Of a DNA stretch of 64,000 bases, positions 23,344 through 35,045 are shown piece after piece (positions within the stretch are counted from its first letter, which is position 1; each line of letters begins with the position of its first letter). Location: positions 306,034-370,033 of the forward strand of contig CAWCRK010000002.1 of assembly GCA_963797965.1 (NCBI GenBank). Direction: 5' to 3'. A model generated the notes under the pieces. The model saw only the letters and a program-made list of their open reading frames with translations, was not told where the DNA came from and searched no databases. This DNA comes from an uncultured Alphaproteobacteria bacterium (GTDB lineage: Bacteria > Pseudomonadota > Alphaproteobacteria > Sphingomonadales > Sphingomonadaceae). The position numbers and the translations under genes were made by a program.

Positions 23344-24708
23344 TTAGCGCAGCTTGCCCTTCAGCTTGGCCTTCTTGATCAGATCGCCATACTGATGCGC
23401 CAGCAGATGCGACTGGATCTGGCTGATCGTATCCACAGTCACGTTGACCACGATCAGCAGGCTGGTTCCGCCAAGGAACAGCGGCACACCGGTCTGCGCG
23501 ATCATGTATTCGGGCATGACGCACACGAGGGTCAGGTAGATGGCGCCGATCACCGTGATGCGGGTCAGCACGTAATCGAGATACTGCTCGGTACGCTTGC
23601 CCGGACGGATGCCGGGAATGAAGCCGCCGTTCTTCTTCAGATTCTCCGCAGTTTCTTCAGGATTGAAGACCACGGCGGTGTAGAAGAAGCAGAAGAAGAT
23701 GATGCCGACGGCATACAGCGTCATATACAGCGGCTGGCCGTGCTGGAGATACTGCAACACAGACGTCAAGACGCCGCCCGTGCTGCTTTCCGTGTCGAGC
23801 GAATTGCCTGCAAACTGCGTGATCGTCAGCGGCAGCAGCAGCAGCGAGCTGGCGAAGATCGGCGGGATGACGCCTGCGGTATTCAGCTTGAGCGGCAAAT
23901 GCGAACGGTCGGCCTGCATCATGCCGCGCTGCGTGGCGCGCTTGGGATACTGGATCAGCAAACGCCGCTGCGCACGCTCGATGAAGCAGATGAGCAGGAT
24001 CAGGCCCACGACCATCACGATGAAACCGAGCAGGATGCCGGTTGCGATCGAACCTTCGCTGTAGCCGGTGACCATATTGGTCACGAATGTCGGGAACTGG
24101 GCGACGATGCCCGCCATGATGATCAGCGACACGCCGTTGCCGATACCGCGGCTGGTGATCTGCTCGCCCAGCCACAGCAGGAACATGGTGCCGCCGACAA
24201 GGCTGATGACCGCACCGACGCGGAACATGATGCCCGGATCGACGACGGCCGGAATCCCGCTCGATGCGCCATAGCTTTCCAGGCCGGCTGCCAGGAACCA
24301 GCCCTGGATGGTGCAGAGGAACACCGTGCCGTAGCGGGTGTACTGGTTCAGCTTCTGACGGCCCGACGCGCCTTCCTTCTTCAGCGCGGCAAGCGTGGGG
24401 TGCAGCGCCGAGGCCATCTGCACCACGATCGAGGCGGTGATGTAGGGCATCACGCCGAGCGCGATCAGGCTCATGCGTTCGAGACTGCCGCCGGAAAACG
24501 TGTTGAACATGTCGAGCACGCCGCCGCGCGTCTGGTCGACCAGCTGCGTCAGCGCCATCGGATCGATGCCGGGAAGCGGCACGAAGCTCAGGAAGCGGAA
24601 GACGATCAGCGCACCGATGGTGAACCAGATGCGCTGCTTCAGCTCGGTGGCCTTGGAGAAATTGGCGAGGCTGATATTGCTCGCGAAATTGTCGGCGCGT
24701 GATGCCAT
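23344..24708 (-). CDS. secY: Preprotein translocase SecY
   Basis: ALGVMPYITASI, GIGNGVSL, AGVIPPIFASS, IPGIRPG. Confidence 0.98.
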   Translation of the reverse strand: MASRADNFASNISLANFSKATELKQRIWFTIGALIVFRFLSFVPLPGIDPMALTQLVDQTRGGVLDMFNTFSGGSLERMSLIALGVMPYITASIVVQMASALHPTLAALKKEGASGRQKLNQYTRYGTVFLCTIQGWFLAAGLESYGASSGIPAVVDPGIMFRVGAVISLVGGTMFLLWLGEQITSRGIGNGVSLIIMAGIVAQFPTFVTNMVTGYSEGSIATGILLGFIVMVVGLILLICFIERAQRRLLIQYPKRATQRGMMQADRSHLPLKLNTAGVIPPIFASSLLLLPLTITQFAGNSLDTESSTGGVLTSVLQYLQHGQPLYMTLYAVGIIFFCFFYTAVVFNPEETAENLKKNGGFIPGIRPGKRTEQYLDYVLTRITVIGAIYLTLVCVMPEYMIAQTGVPLFLGGTSLLIVVNVTVDTISQIQSHLLAHQYGDLIKKAKLKGKLR

Positions 24709-24812
24709 CGGTCGTGTTCGATCCTAGCTTGCGGCCGGCCCGTCCCGACGCTGACCGGAAAGATAGGGGGCGAAGCGACGAATGTCGAACCCCGCCCCCG
24801 AAATTTTCGGAC

Positions 24813-25343
24813 TTACTTGGCCTTCTTGGCCTTGTTCGCTGCGGTGCGCTTGGCCTTCTTTTCGGCTTCGCTTTCACCCTTGGCAATGACTTCGACGCTG
24901 CCGCCGGCCTTTTCGACGGCCTCGATCGCACCCTTGGACGCGCCGGCGACGATGAACTTGGCCTTGGCGGTCAGCTCGCCCTTGCCCAGCAGGCGGACGC
25001 CGTCCTTGCCGCCGCGTGCAAGGCCGGCAGCCTTCAGCGCAGCGTGGTCGATGTCCTTCTTGGCGTCGAGCTTCTTCGCGTCGATGAACTTCTGGACCAT
25101 GCCCAGGTTCACTTCGGCAAAATCCTTGCCGAACGGGTTGTTGAAGCCGCGCTTCGGCAGGCGCATGTGAAGCGGCATCTGGCCGCCTTCGAAGCCCTTG
25201 ATGGCGACGCCCGAACGGCTCTTCTGGCCCTTCTGGCCGCGTCCGGCGGTCTTGCCCTTGCCCGAGCCGATGCCACGGCCGACACGCATGCGCTCCTTGC
25301 GGGCGCCGGGATTGTCGCGGATGTCGTTGAGTTTCATAGTCAT
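24813..25343 (-). CDS. rplO: 50S ribosomal protein L15
   Basis: [25 protein letters not shown]. Confidence 0.97.
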   Translation of the reverse strand: MTMKLNDIRDNPGARKERMRVGRGIGSGKGKTAGRGQKGQKSRSGVAIKGFEGGQMPLHMRLPKRGFNNPFGKDFAEVNLGMVQKFIDAKKLDAKKDIDHAALKAAGLARGGKDGVRLLGKGELTAKAKFIVAGASKGAIEAVEKAGGSVEVIAKGESEAEKKAKRTAANKAKKAK

Positions 25344-25435
25344 GTGCACTCGCTTTCGCTTTTGTTCGCGCTGTAAAATGGATGCGGCCCGCTATCGCAG
25401 CAGGCCGCTCCCGTCAATCGATGTACGCCGGAGAC

Positions 25436-25624
25436 CTAGTCTTCGACGATGGCAACCAGATGCGGGATCTTCGCAATCGCGCCGCGCACTTCGGGGGTGT
25501 CCTGAAGTTCTACGACCTTGTGCATCTTGTTCAGGCCCAGACCGATCAGCGTCTTGCGCTGGCTTTCCGGGCGGCGGATCGGCGAACCGATCTGCTTGAT
25601 CTTGATGGTCTTGTTCTTCGCCAT
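25436..25624 (-). CDS. rpmD: 50S ribosomal protein L30
   Basis: [13 protein letters not shown]; position in the spc operon. Confidence 0.95.
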   Translation of the reverse strand: MAKNKTIKIKQIGSPIRRPESQRKTLIGLGLNKMHKVVELQDTPEVRGAIAKIPHLVAIVED

Positions 25625-25629
25625 CTGTC

Positions 25630-26546
25630 TTACTCCACCACCGCCGCAGCGTCGGCTTCGGCCTCAGCTTCCGAAGCACCGCCACGACCCAGCAGGTCGG
25701 CGACCTTCTTGCCGCGACGCTGCGCAACCGACTTCGGCGAAGTCTGGTCGGTCAGCGCGTCGAACGTGGCGCGGATCATGTTGTAGGGGTTGGACGTGCC
25801 GACCGACTTGGTCACCACGTCGGCCACGCCGAGGCTTTCGAACACGGCGCGCATCGGACCACCGGCGATGATGCCGGTACCCGGAGGCGCCGTGCGAAGC
25901 GTCACCTTGCCGGCACCGAAGCGGCCATTGCCGTCGTGATGCAGCGTGCGACCTTCCTTCAGCGGCACGCGGATCATCTTCTTGCGCGCAGCAGCGGTCG
26001 CCTTGTGATGGCTTCGGGCACTTCGCGGGCCTTGCCCTTGCCGAAACCGACGCGGCCCGAGCCGTCACCGACGACGACCAGCGCTGCAAAGCCGAAGCGC
26101 TTACCGCCCTTCACCGTCTTGGAGACGCGGTTGATGTGGACGAGCTTCTCGATGATGCCGTCGTCTTCTTCCTCGCGGCGTCCGCCACGACGATTGTCGC
26201 GACCGCCACGACCACGACCGCGATCGTTACCGCCACGGTTTCCACCGCGCTGACCGCCACGCTGCTGCGGGCGACCTTCGGCACCCTGGGCAGGGTCCTG
26301 GTTGGCTGCGGCTTCGGAAGGCGTGTCGGCAATCGCCGGCTCTTCCTTGGTCACGGCAGGCTCGGTCTTGGCTTCCACAACTTCGGCAGCCTTTTCGACG
26401 TCAGCCGGCGCTGCCGCTTCTTCTGCCTTGGCTTCGGTCGCTTCGGCAGCAGCCTTGGTCTCTTCGACCTTGGCGTCTTCAGCCTTGGTTTCCTCGGCCT
26501 TCGTTTCCTCAGCCTTGGTGTCCGGGGTTTTCTTGTCGTCAGCCAT
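25630..26546 (-). CDS. rpsE: 30S ribosomal protein S5 with long N-terminal extension (frameshift near 26005)
   Basis: [27 protein letters not shown]. Confidence 0.95.
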
Positions 26547-26548
26547 AA

Positions 26549-26893
26549 TTAGAACTCCAGCCCGCCTTCGCGAGCGGCATCGGCCAGCGCTTTCACGCGA
26601 CCATGGAACAGGAACCCGCCGCGATCGAACACGACGTTGGTCACGCCGGCCTTCTTGGCAGCAGCGGCGATGTCGTTGCCGACCTGCTTGGCGGCATCGA
26701 CATTCGCACCCGACGACTTGCCACCCAGCGTCGAGGCGCGAGCGACCGTCTTGCCGGCAGCATCGTCGATGACCTGCGCGTAGATGTGCTGGCCGGTGCG
26801 GTGCACCGACAGGCGGGGCTTGCCACCGGCGCGGCTCTTGAGAGCGGTGCGCACACGGCGACGGCGACGTTCGAAGAGAGAAAGCTTTGCCAT
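26549..26893 (-). CDS. rplR: 50S ribosomal protein L18
   Basis: [25 protein letters not shown]. Confidence 0.97.
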   Translation of the reverse strand: MAKLSLFERRRRRVRTALKSRAGGKPRLSVHRTGQHIYAQVIDDAAGKTVARASTLGGKSSGANVDAAKQVGNDIAAAAKKAGVTNVVFDRGGFLFHGRVKALADAAREGGLEF

Positions 26894-26894
26894 C

Positions 26895-27429
26895 TTACTT
26901 CTTCTTCCCTTCCTTGCGGAAGATGTACTCGCCGCGATACTTGATGCCCTTGCCCTTGTAAGGCTCGGGCTTGCGCCACTGGCGGACGTTCGGCGGCAAA
27001 CTGGCCGACGGCCTGCTTGTCGATACCGCTGATTTCGACCGTCGTCTGGTCGGGCGTCTTCACCTCGATGCCTTCGGGCACGTCGAGATCGACATCGTGG
27101 CTGTAGCCGAGCTGCAGCTTGAGCTTCTTGCCCTGCGCCTGCGCACGATAACCAACGCCGTTGATCTCGAGGACCTTGGTGAAACCTTCGGTCACGCCTT
27201 CGACGAGGTTCGACACCAGCGTGCGCTGCATGCCCCAGTGGTTGCGCGCCTGACGTGTGTCATTGGCCGGCGTGACCGAGATCTCGCCGTCTTCGACCTT
27301 GTAGTCGATCAGGTCGGACATGCCCATCGACAGGGTGCCCTTCGGACCCTTCACGCTCAGCGTGTTGCCTTCGATATTGGCGGTGACCCCGCTGGGGATC
27401 GCTACCGGCTTCTTGCCGATGCGGCTCAT
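26895..27429 (-). CDS. rplF: 50S ribosomal protein L6 (frameshift near C-terminus)
   Basis: [15 protein letters not shown]; PEPYKGKG in the shifted frame. Confidence 0.95.
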
Positions 27430-27824
27430 CAGAACACCTCCGCCAGCACTTCGCCGCCGACATTCTCGGCGCGCGCTTCGTCGTCCGAAAGCACACCCGT
27501 GGGCGTCGAGACGATGGTGATGCCAAGGCCGTTGCGCACGATCGGCAGTTCTTTCGAACCCGAATAGACGCGGCGACCAGGCTTGGAGACGCGGGCGACG
27601 TGCTTGATCGCAGGTTCGCCTTCGAAATACTTCAGTTCGATCCGCAGCTGCGCGTGCTTGCCCGTCGCATCTTCGCTGTAGCCACGGATGTAGCCTTCGC
27701 GCTGAAGCACTTCGAGGACGTTTGCACGCAGCTTGGACGCGGGCGAAAGGACGCAGTCCTTCTTCGCCTGCTGGCCGTTGCGGATACGGGTGAGCATGTC
27801 ACCCAGGGGATCGGTCATAGCCAT
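27429..27824 (-). CDS. rpsH: 30S ribosomal protein S8
   Basis: [22 protein letters not shown]. Confidence 0.97.
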   Translation of the reverse strand: MAMTDPLGDMLTRIRNGQQAKKDCVLSPASKLRANVLEVLQREGYIRGYSEDATGKHAQLRIELKYFEGEPAIKHVARVSKPGRRVYSGSKELPIVRNGLGITIVSTPTGVLSDDEARAENVGGEVLAEVF

Positions 27825-27835
27825 CTGTCTGTTCC

Positions 27836-28144
27836 TCACCAGCTCGACTTCGTCAGGCCGGGAATCAGGCCCTTGTTGCCGAGGTCGCGCAGTTCGATGC
27901 GGTTCAGGCCGAACTTGCGGTAATAGCCGCGCGGGCGGCCGGTGGTGGCGCAGCGGTTGCGCACGCGGGTCGGGTTCGCGTTGCGCGGCAATTTCGGCCA
28001 TCTTCAGGCGCGCGATCAGACGCTCGCTCTCGTCGAGCGACTTTCGTCGTTCGCGATCGCCTTCAGCTTCGCGTACTTCTCTGCATACTGCTTGACGAGC
28101 TTCTTGCGACGCTCGTTCTTGTTGATCGAACTCAGTTTCGCCAT
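27836..28144 (-). CDS. rpsN: 30S ribosomal protein S14, long form (frameshifts)
   Basis: [29 protein letters not shown] recovered across indels. Confidence 0.92.
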
Positions 28145-28186
28145 TGGACTTAAGCTCTCTTCCTTATCCTGCGATCCGGAAGCGGC

Positions 28187-28767
28187 TCACGCCGCCTCCT
28201 TCTCTTCCGACTTTTCAGCCGGGAACGGGAAACCGAACAGGCGCAGCAATTCGCGCGCTTCTTCGTCGGTCTTCGCCGTGGTGGTGACGATGATGTCCAT
28301 GCCCCGAACCTTGTCGATCTGGTCGTAGCTGATTTCGGGAAAGACGATCTGCTCTTTCAGGCCCATGGCGTAATTGCCACGGCCGTCGAACGACTTCGGG
28401 TTCAGCACCGCGAAAGTCGCGAATGCGCGGCATGGCGATCGTCACCAGACGGTCGAGGAATTCGTACATGCGTTCGCGGCGCAAGGGTGACCTTGCACCC
28501 GATCGGCATGCCTTCGCGCAGCTTGAACTGTGCGATCGACTTCTTGGCCTTGGTGATGACCGGCTTCTGGCCGGCGATCAGTGCCATTTCTTCGGCAGCG
28601 GTCTGGACCTTCTTCTTGTCCTGGCTGGCTTCGCCCACACCCATGTTGAGCGTGATCTTTTCGAGCTGCGGCACTTCGAGACGGTTCTTGTAGCCGAACT
28701 TCTCGGTCATCGCCTTGACGATTTCGTCGTCGTAGCGCTGCTTCATGCGCGGCGTGTAATCAGCCAT
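28187..28767 (-). CDS. rplE: 50S ribosomal protein L5 (frameshifts)
   Basis: [32 protein letters not shown]. Confidence 0.95.
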
Positions 28768-29082
28768 CGATGGTCTCCCCGACTCTTCACGGCGACGCGC
28801 ACCTTCTTGCCGTCCTTCTCTTCGAAACGGACGCGGGTGGGCTTGCCATCCTTGGGATCGGCAACCGCAACCTTGCCGATCTGCATCGGCGCTTCGAAGC
28901 GGTCGATGCCGCCCTGCGGGTTCTGCTGGCTCGGCTTGCGGTGACGGGCAGCGACGTTGACGCCTTCGACGACGACCTTGCCATCCTTCGGGCATGACCT
29001 TCGTGACGGTGCCGGTCTTGCCCTTGTCCTTGCCGGACAGGACGACGACGGTGTCGCCCTTCTTGATCTTTGCGGACGCCAT
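28760..29082 (-). CDS. rplX: 50S ribosomal protein L24 (frameshifts)
   Basis: [18 protein letters not shown]. Confidence 0.93.
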
Positions 29083-29450
29083 CACAGCACCTCCGGCGCG
29101 AGCGAGATGATCTTCATGAAGCCGCGGCCGCGCAGTTCGCGCACCACCGGGCCGAAGATACGGGTGCCGATCGGCTCTTCGCTCTTGTTCACGAGCACAG
29201 CGGCGTTGCTGTCGAAGCGGATCACGCTGCCGTCGGGGCGGCGCACGTCCTTGCGGGTGCGCACGATGACGGCGCGGTGAACGTCGCCCTTCTTCACCTT
29301 CGCGCGCGGCTGGGCTTCCTTGACGGAAACCACGATCACGTCGCCGACGGATGCAGTACGGCGCTTGGAGCCGCCCAGTACCTTGATGCACTGGACGCGC
29401 TTTGCGCCGCTGTTGTCCGCGACGTCGAGATTGGATTGCATCTGGATCAT
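29082..29450 (-). CDS. rplN: 50S ribosomal protein L14
   Basis: [23 protein letters not shown]. Confidence 0.98.
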   Translation of the reverse strand: MIQMQSNLDVADNSGAKRVQCIKVLGGSKRRTASVGDVIVVSVKEAQPRAKVKKGDVHRAVIVRTRKDVRRPDGSVIRFDSNAAVLVNKSEEPIGTRIFGPVVRELRGRGFMKIISLAPEVL

Positions 29451-29507
29451 CGATCCGGTTCCTTCTCATTGGCTTGCCGGGACAATCGCCCGGCAGTTCC
29501 TAAAACG

Positions 29508-29797
29508 TCAGTTGCCTGCGGCTTCGACTTCGAGGTCGGCCTCGACCGCCTGGGTTCCGCCTGCCGTCACGCGGTCCATCACCTTCCAGGTCTTGGTCTT
29601 CGAGATCGGCTTGGTTTCTTCGATCCGCACGACATCGCCGAGCGTGTACTCGTTGGCTTCGTCGTGCGCGTGATACTTCTTCGAGCGGCGGATGATCTTC
29701 CCGTAGAGCGGGTGCTTCACCTTGCGCTCGACCAGTACGGTCACGGTCTTGTCGGTCTTGTCGGAGGTGACGGTCCCGATCAGGATACGTTTGGCAT
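29508..29797 (-). CDS. rpsQ: 30S ribosomal protein S17 (indel just after start)
   Basis: [26 protein letters not shown]. Confidence 0.94.
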
Positions 29798-29800
29798 GGT

Positions 29801-30017
29801 TTACGCCTTCTCTTTCGTGGCGGCAGCTCGGCGCGCGCTCGTTCTGCAGCGTCTTGATCTGCGCGATCGTACGACGGACTTCGCGGATCCGCGCAGGACC
29901 TTCGAGCTGGTTGGTCGCCGCCTGGAAACGCAGGTTGAACTGCTCACGCTTCAGCTCGGTCAGCTCTTCGGCCAGCTGGTCGTCGGTCTTCGTGCGCAGA
30001 TCTTCGATCTTGCTCAT
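29801..30017 (-). CDS. rpmC: 50S ribosomal protein L29 (indel near end gives apparent fusion to S17)
   Basis: [20 protein letters not shown]. Confidence 0.93.
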
Positions 30018-30451
30018 TATTCGCCTCCGAGGTGCGAGGTGTCGCCGAGGCGGGCCACGACCTTGGTCTTGATCGGCAGCTTCATGGCCGCGCGCTCGAA
30101 CGCTTCGGCAGCCAGCGGACCGGCAACGCCGTCGAGTTCGAACAGGATGCGGCCCGGCTTCACGCGAGCGGCCCAGTATTCGACCGAACCCTTGCCCTTA
30201 CCCTGACGGACTTCGGCAGGCTTCTTGGAAACCGGCACATCGGGGAAGACGCGGATCCAGAGACGACCCTGGCGCTTGATGTGACGCGTGATCGCACGGC
30301 GAGCCGCTTCGATCTGGCGCGCGGTGATACGCTCGGGCTCGAGCGCCTTCAGACCGTAGGAGCCGAAGTTCAGCGTGGTGCCGCCCTTGGCGTTGCCCTT
30401 GATCCGGCCCTTGAAGGCCTTGCGGTACTTGGTTTTCTTCGGTTGCAGCAT
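30017..30451 (-). CDS. rplP: 50S ribosomal protein L16
   Basis: [17 protein letters not shown]. Confidence 0.98.
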   Translation of the reverse strand: MLQPKKTKYRKAFKGRIKGNAKGGTTLNFGSYGLKALEPERITARQIEAARRAITRHIKRQGRLWIRVFPDVPVSKKPAEVRQGKGKGSVEYWAARVKPGRILFELDGVAGPLAAEAFERAAMKLPIKTKVVARLGDTSHLGGE

Positions 30452-30472
30452 GGTTCTTTCCTATACCTGCAA

Positions 30473-31170
30473 TCAGCGAGCCGGACGGACGCCGGACGTC
30501 TGCGCTTCCATCATCAGACGGTCCTGCGCGGTCGGGTCGTGGCCGAGGATCTCGCCCTTGAAGACCCACACCTTGATGCCGATGATGCCGTAAGCGGTCA
30601 GCGCTTCGGCTTCGGCATAGTCGATGTTGGCGCGCAGCGTGTGCAGCGGCACGCGGCCTTCGCGATACTGTTCGACACGGGCGATTTCCGCACCGCCAAG
30701 ACGGCCGCCGCACATGATCTTGATGCCTTCGGCACCCAGACGCATGGCCGACTGCATGGCGCGCTTCATCGCACGGCGGAAAGCGACACGGCGGATCAGC
30801 TGGTCGGCAATGCCCTGCGCGACGAGCTTGGCATCGACTTCCGGCTTGCGGATTTCGACGATGTTCAGCTTCACTTCGCTTTCGGTCATCTTCGCCAGCT
30901 TCGGTGCGCAGCTTTTCGATGTCTGCGCCCTTCTTGCCGATGATGACACCGGGACGCGCAGCATAGATCGAAATGCGGCACAGCTTGGCCGGACGCTCGA
31001 TCACGACCTTCGAGATCGCAGCCTGCGGCAGCGTTCTCGATGATGTGCTTGCGGATCTCGATGTCTTCCTCGAGCAGCTTGGCATAATCGCGCCCTTCGG
31101 CGTACCAGCGGCTGTCCCAGGTGCGGTTGATCTGCAGGCGCAGACCGATCGGATTGCTCTTCTGACCCAT
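30473..31170 (-). CDS. rpsC: 30S ribosomal protein S3 (frameshifts)
   Basis: [32 protein letters not shown]. Confidence 0.96.
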
Positions 31171-31171
31171 T

Positions 31172-31549
31172 TTACGCCTCTTCCTGCTCGCGCACGACGA
31201 TGCGCAGGCGGCTGAACGGCTTCAGGATGCGCGTCGATTTGCCGCGACCACGCGTGTGGAAGCGCTTCATCGTGATCGACTTGCCGACCGAAGCCTCGGC
31301 GACGACCAGAGCGTCGACATCGAGATCGTGGTTGTTTTCCGCATTGGCGATCGCCGAGGCGAGCACCTTCGTGGCGTCCTTGGCCATCGCCTTCTTCGAG
31401 AAGGCCAGGATGTTCAGCGCCTCTTCGGCCTTCTTGCCACGGATCAGCTCGGCAACGAGGTTCAGCTTCTGCGCCGAACCACGAATGGTCGTGCCGACGG
31501 CCAGCGCCTCGTTATCGGCGACGCGGCGGGGAGCTTTCTGCTTGCTCAT
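31172..31549 (-). CDS. rplV: 50S ribosomal protein L22
   Basis: [11 protein letters not shown]; position in the S10 operon. Confidence 0.96.
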   Translation of the reverse strand: MSKQKAPRRVADNEALAVGTTIRGSAQKLNLVAELIRGKKAEEALNILAFSKKAMAKDATKVLASAIANAENNHDLDVDALVVAEASVGKSITMKRFHTRGRGKSTRILKPFSRLRIVVREQEEA

Positions 31550-31824
31550 CAGCGCTTGCCCTTCTTGTCGGCGGCGTGGCCCGGGAAGGTGCGCGTGGGC
31601 GCGAATTCACCGAGCTTGTGACCGACCATGTCTTCCGAGACGGAGACGGGGATGAACTTGTGGCCGTTGTAGACGTTGAACGTCAGACCGACGAACTGCG
31701 GCAGGATCGTGCAGCGACGCGACCAGGTCTTGATCGGCTTTGCGCTGCTTGCGTCCTGCGCGTCTTCTGCCTTCTTCAGAAGGCTGAGATCGACGAACGG
31801 ACCTTTCCAGACGGAACGTGCCAT
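31549..31824 (-). CDS. rpsS: 30S ribosomal protein S19
   Basis: [23 protein letters not shown]. Confidence 0.98.
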   Translation of the reverse strand: MARSVWKGPFVDLSLLKKAEDAQDASSAKPIKTWSRRCTILPQFVGLTFNVYNGHKFIPVSVSEDMVGHKLGEFAPTRTFPGHAADKKGKR

Positions 31825-31830
31825 GTGCCG

Positions 31831-32668
31831 TTACCTCTTCTTCTTCGCGTGACGCGAACGGATGATCATCTTGTCCGTCTGCTTGTTCTTGCGGGTGCGG
31901 GCGCCCTTGGTCGGCTTGCCCCACGGGGTCACCGGATGACGACCACCGCTGGTCCGGCCTTCACCACCACCGTGCGGGTGATCGACCGGGTTCTTGGCGA
32001 CACCGCGGGTCAGCGGCTTGACGCCCATCCAGCGCGTGCGACCGGCCTTGCCCAGGTTCTGGTTCTGGTTGTCGGGGTTCGACACCGCACCAACCGTGCC
32101 CATGCAATCGGCACGCAGGTAACGCTGCTCGCCCTGAATTCAGACGCACGATCACCATGCCGCGGTCACGACCGACGAGCTGCACGTAAGCACCTGCCGA
32201 ACGGGCGATCTGGCCGCCCTTGCCCGGCTTCATCTCGACATTGTGGCAGATCGTGCCGACCGGCATCTGACCGAGCAGCATGGCGTTGCCAGGCTTGGTA
32301 TCGATCTTTTCGCCAGCGATCACCTTGTCGCCGACGGCCAGACGCTGCGGCGCGATGATGTAGGCCAGTTCGCCATCGTCATACTTGATCAGCGCGATGA
32401 AGGCGGTGCGGTTGGGATCGTATTCGATCCGCTCGACGGTGCCTTCGACGTCCCACTTGCGACGCTTGAAGTCGATGAAGCGGTACTTCTGCTTGTGACC
32501 GCCGCCGATGCCGCGCGAGGTGACATGGCCCTTGTTGTTGCGGCCACCGGTCTTGCGCTTGCCTTCGGTCAGCGACTTGACCGGCTTGCCCTTGTACAGG
32601 CCCGACTTGTCGACGAGGATCAGGCCGCGGCGCGCGGGGCTGGTCGGTTTGTAATTCTTGAGTGCCAT
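31831..32668 (-). CDS. rplB: 50S ribosomal protein L2 (frameshift near 32130)
   Basis: [25 protein letters not shown]. Confidence 0.96.
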
Positions 32669-32670
32669 GG

Positions 32671-32996
32671 TCAGCCTCACACCTTCCGTGATGTCGATCG
32701 ATCGAGCCCTCGGCCAGCGTGACGATCGCCTTCTTCACGTCGGAGCGCTTGTAGGGCTTGCCCTTCCAGCGCTTGGTCTTGCCCTTCGCGTTACGATCGT
32801 GTTCACCGCGACGACCTTTGCCTTCTGATCGCATAGAGCGCTTCGACCGCTTCCTTGATCTGCGGCTTGGTCGCGTCGTACCGCCACCTTGAAGACAACC
32901 GCGTTGTTCTCGGAAGCCAGCGTCGACTTCTCGGTGATGTGGGGCGCGAGGATCACGTCGTAGTGACGCGCGTCGATTGTCCTGCTTCTTAGCCAT
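32671..32996 (-). CDS. rplW: 50S ribosomal protein L23 (multiple frameshifts)
   Basis: [20 protein letters not shown]. Confidence 0.9.
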
Positions 32997-33613
32997 TGAA
33001 ACGCGCCTCCAGCTTTTCGACCGCGTCCTTGGTCAGGACCAGCGTGTCGTGCTTCAGGATGTCGTAGACGTTGGCACCCATGGCCGGCAGCACGTTGACG
33101 CCCGGCAGGTTGCCGGCGGCCTTCGCGAAGCCGTCGTTCACGCTTTCGCCGTCGATCACCAGCACCTTGCCGATCCAGCCATGCTTGTCGAAGTGACCCT
33201 TGAGCGCCTTGGTCTTGGCGTCCTTGAGTTCCAGGCTATCGACGACGACGAGGCCGTCCTTCGCCTTGCTCGACAGCGCCATCTTCAGACCGAGCGCGCG
33301 AATCTTCTTGTTGAGCGACTGCTTGAAGTCACGCTTGCGCGCACCGTGCGCCTTACCGCCGCCGATGAAGATCGGGGCGCCGCGGTCACCGTGACGAGCG
33401 CCGCCCGAACCCTTCTGGTGGCCGAACTTCTTGCCGGTGCGGGCCACGTCGGAACGCTCGCGCGTCGGGCGTGCGGTGCCGCGGCGGTTTTCAAGCTGCC
33501 AGGTGACGACGCGGTGCAGGATGTCGGCGCGCGGCTCGACGCCGAACACGGCATCGTTCAGCTCGATGTCGCCCGACGCCTTCGCCGTCGATTTTCTGGA
33601 CCTTCACCTTCAC
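32989..33613 (-). CDS. rplD: 50S ribosomal protein L4 (frameshift near start)
   Basis: [23 protein letters not shown]. Confidence 0.95.
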
Positions 33614-33616
33614 GGA

Positions 33617-34507
33617 TCAGCCCTCCTTGTTCTCGTCGTCGGTCGTATCGTCGACGTCGGCGTGGTGTTGTTGTCTTCGGCAGCGCCGGTTTCGGCATCG
33701 GCACCGGCTTCCTGCGCCTTGAGCAGCTTTTCCTGCTGCTCGGCGAGACTTCCGTGCCGACTTCGTGCTCGGCGGCGCTTTCGACCAGGCCGGCATCGGC
33801 TTCTTCCGATTCGAACTCGTCCTCGTTGCGACGCATCGCGCCGGGGAACGGCAGGTCTTCGGGCAGCTTCACCTTCACGGCGTCGCGAACCAGCAGCCAG
33901 CCGTTCTTCGCGCCCGGGACCGAGCCCTTGACGAAGAGCAGGCCGCGGTCGGCATCGGTGCGGACGATTTCGAGGTTCTGCTGGGTGCGCTGACGGTCGC
34001 CCATGTGGCCGGCCATCTTCTTGTTCTTGAACACGTGGCCCGGATCCTGACGGTTACCCGTCGAACCGTGCGAACGGTGCGAGATCGAAACACCGTGCGT
34101 GGCGCGCAGACCGCCGAAGCCCCAACGCTTCATGGCGCCGGCAAAGCCCTTGCCCTGCGTGTGGCCGGTGATGTCGACCTTCTGGCCGGCGATGAAGTGC
34201 TCGGCCGAGATGCGGCGCACCGACCGGGAAGCAGGCCTTCCTCGCTGTCGACGCGGAATTCGGCGACCTTCATCTTCAGGCCGACTTCGGCCTTGGCGAA
34301 ATGCTTCGCGCTGCGGCTTGTTAACATTCTTCTGCTTCGCTTCGCCCGAACCGACCTGGACGCGCGAAATAGCCGTCGCGGTCCGCGGTGCGATGAGCGA
34401 CGACCTGACAATCTTCCAAGCGACAGGACGGTCACGGGCACGTGCCGTCCATCCTCCTGGAACAGGCGGGTCATCCCGACTTTCTTTGCGATCACGCCAG
34501 TGCGCAT
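33617..34507 (-). CDS. rplC: 50S ribosomal protein L3 with acidic C-terminal tail (multiple frameshifts)
   Basis: [35 protein letters not shown]. Confidence 0.93.
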
Positions 34508-34733
34508 CATCATAACTCCTCAACAGAGGCACCCACGGACCATCCCGCAGGTGCTTGCTCAGCCCAATTATGCGATGCATCGCCCCGTCCGGGCTGAAGT
34601 GCGCTTCCCGTAAGCGAAAGACGAGACGGGGGACGCAGTCCCGGGCGCGAAGCCCGGCGGTATCCCATTGTCTCGCCGGCGAGGCCGCGCTCAGCCGAAC
34701 GACGCCCGGACCGAGCGGCCGACCTCGCCACGG

Positions 34734-35045
34734 TTAAGCGAGCTTGATTTCGACGTTCACGCCAGCGGCCAGATCGAGCTTCATCAGCGCGTCGACCGTC
34801 TGGGCGTTGGGCTGCACGATGTCGAGCAGCCGCTTGTAGGTGCGCACCTCGAACTGCTCGCGCGACTTCTTGTCGATGTGCGGGCCGCGGTTCACGGTGA
34901 ACTTCTCGATACGCGTCGGCATGGGAATGGGGCCACGAATAAGCGCACCCGTGCGACGTGCCGTATCCGCGATTTCGCCAGTTGCCTGGTCGAGAACGCG
35001 ATGATCGAACGCCTTGAGGCGAATGCGGATATTCTGAGCTTCCAT
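34734..35045 (-). CDS. rpsJ: 30S ribosomal protein S10
   Basis: [18 protein letters not shown]. Confidence 0.98.
   Translation of the reverse strand: MEAQNIRIRLKAFDHRVLDQATGEIADTARRTGALIRGPIPMPTRIEKFTVNRGPHIDKKSREQFEVRTYKRLLDIVQPNAQTVDALMKLDLAAGVNVEIKLA

Noticed and set aside
29508-30017. Apparent L29-S17 fusion; also apparent S7-EF-G, L24-L5 and extended LpdA ORFs
   Set aside because: Produced by indels; native stops and starts are visible in neighbouring frames.
31700-31720. Unusual substitutions in conserved r-protein motifs (S19 WSRRCT, S8 KKDCV, L3 DPGHVF)
   Set aside because: Single-base differences in an error-rich region; cannot be distinguished from read errors.
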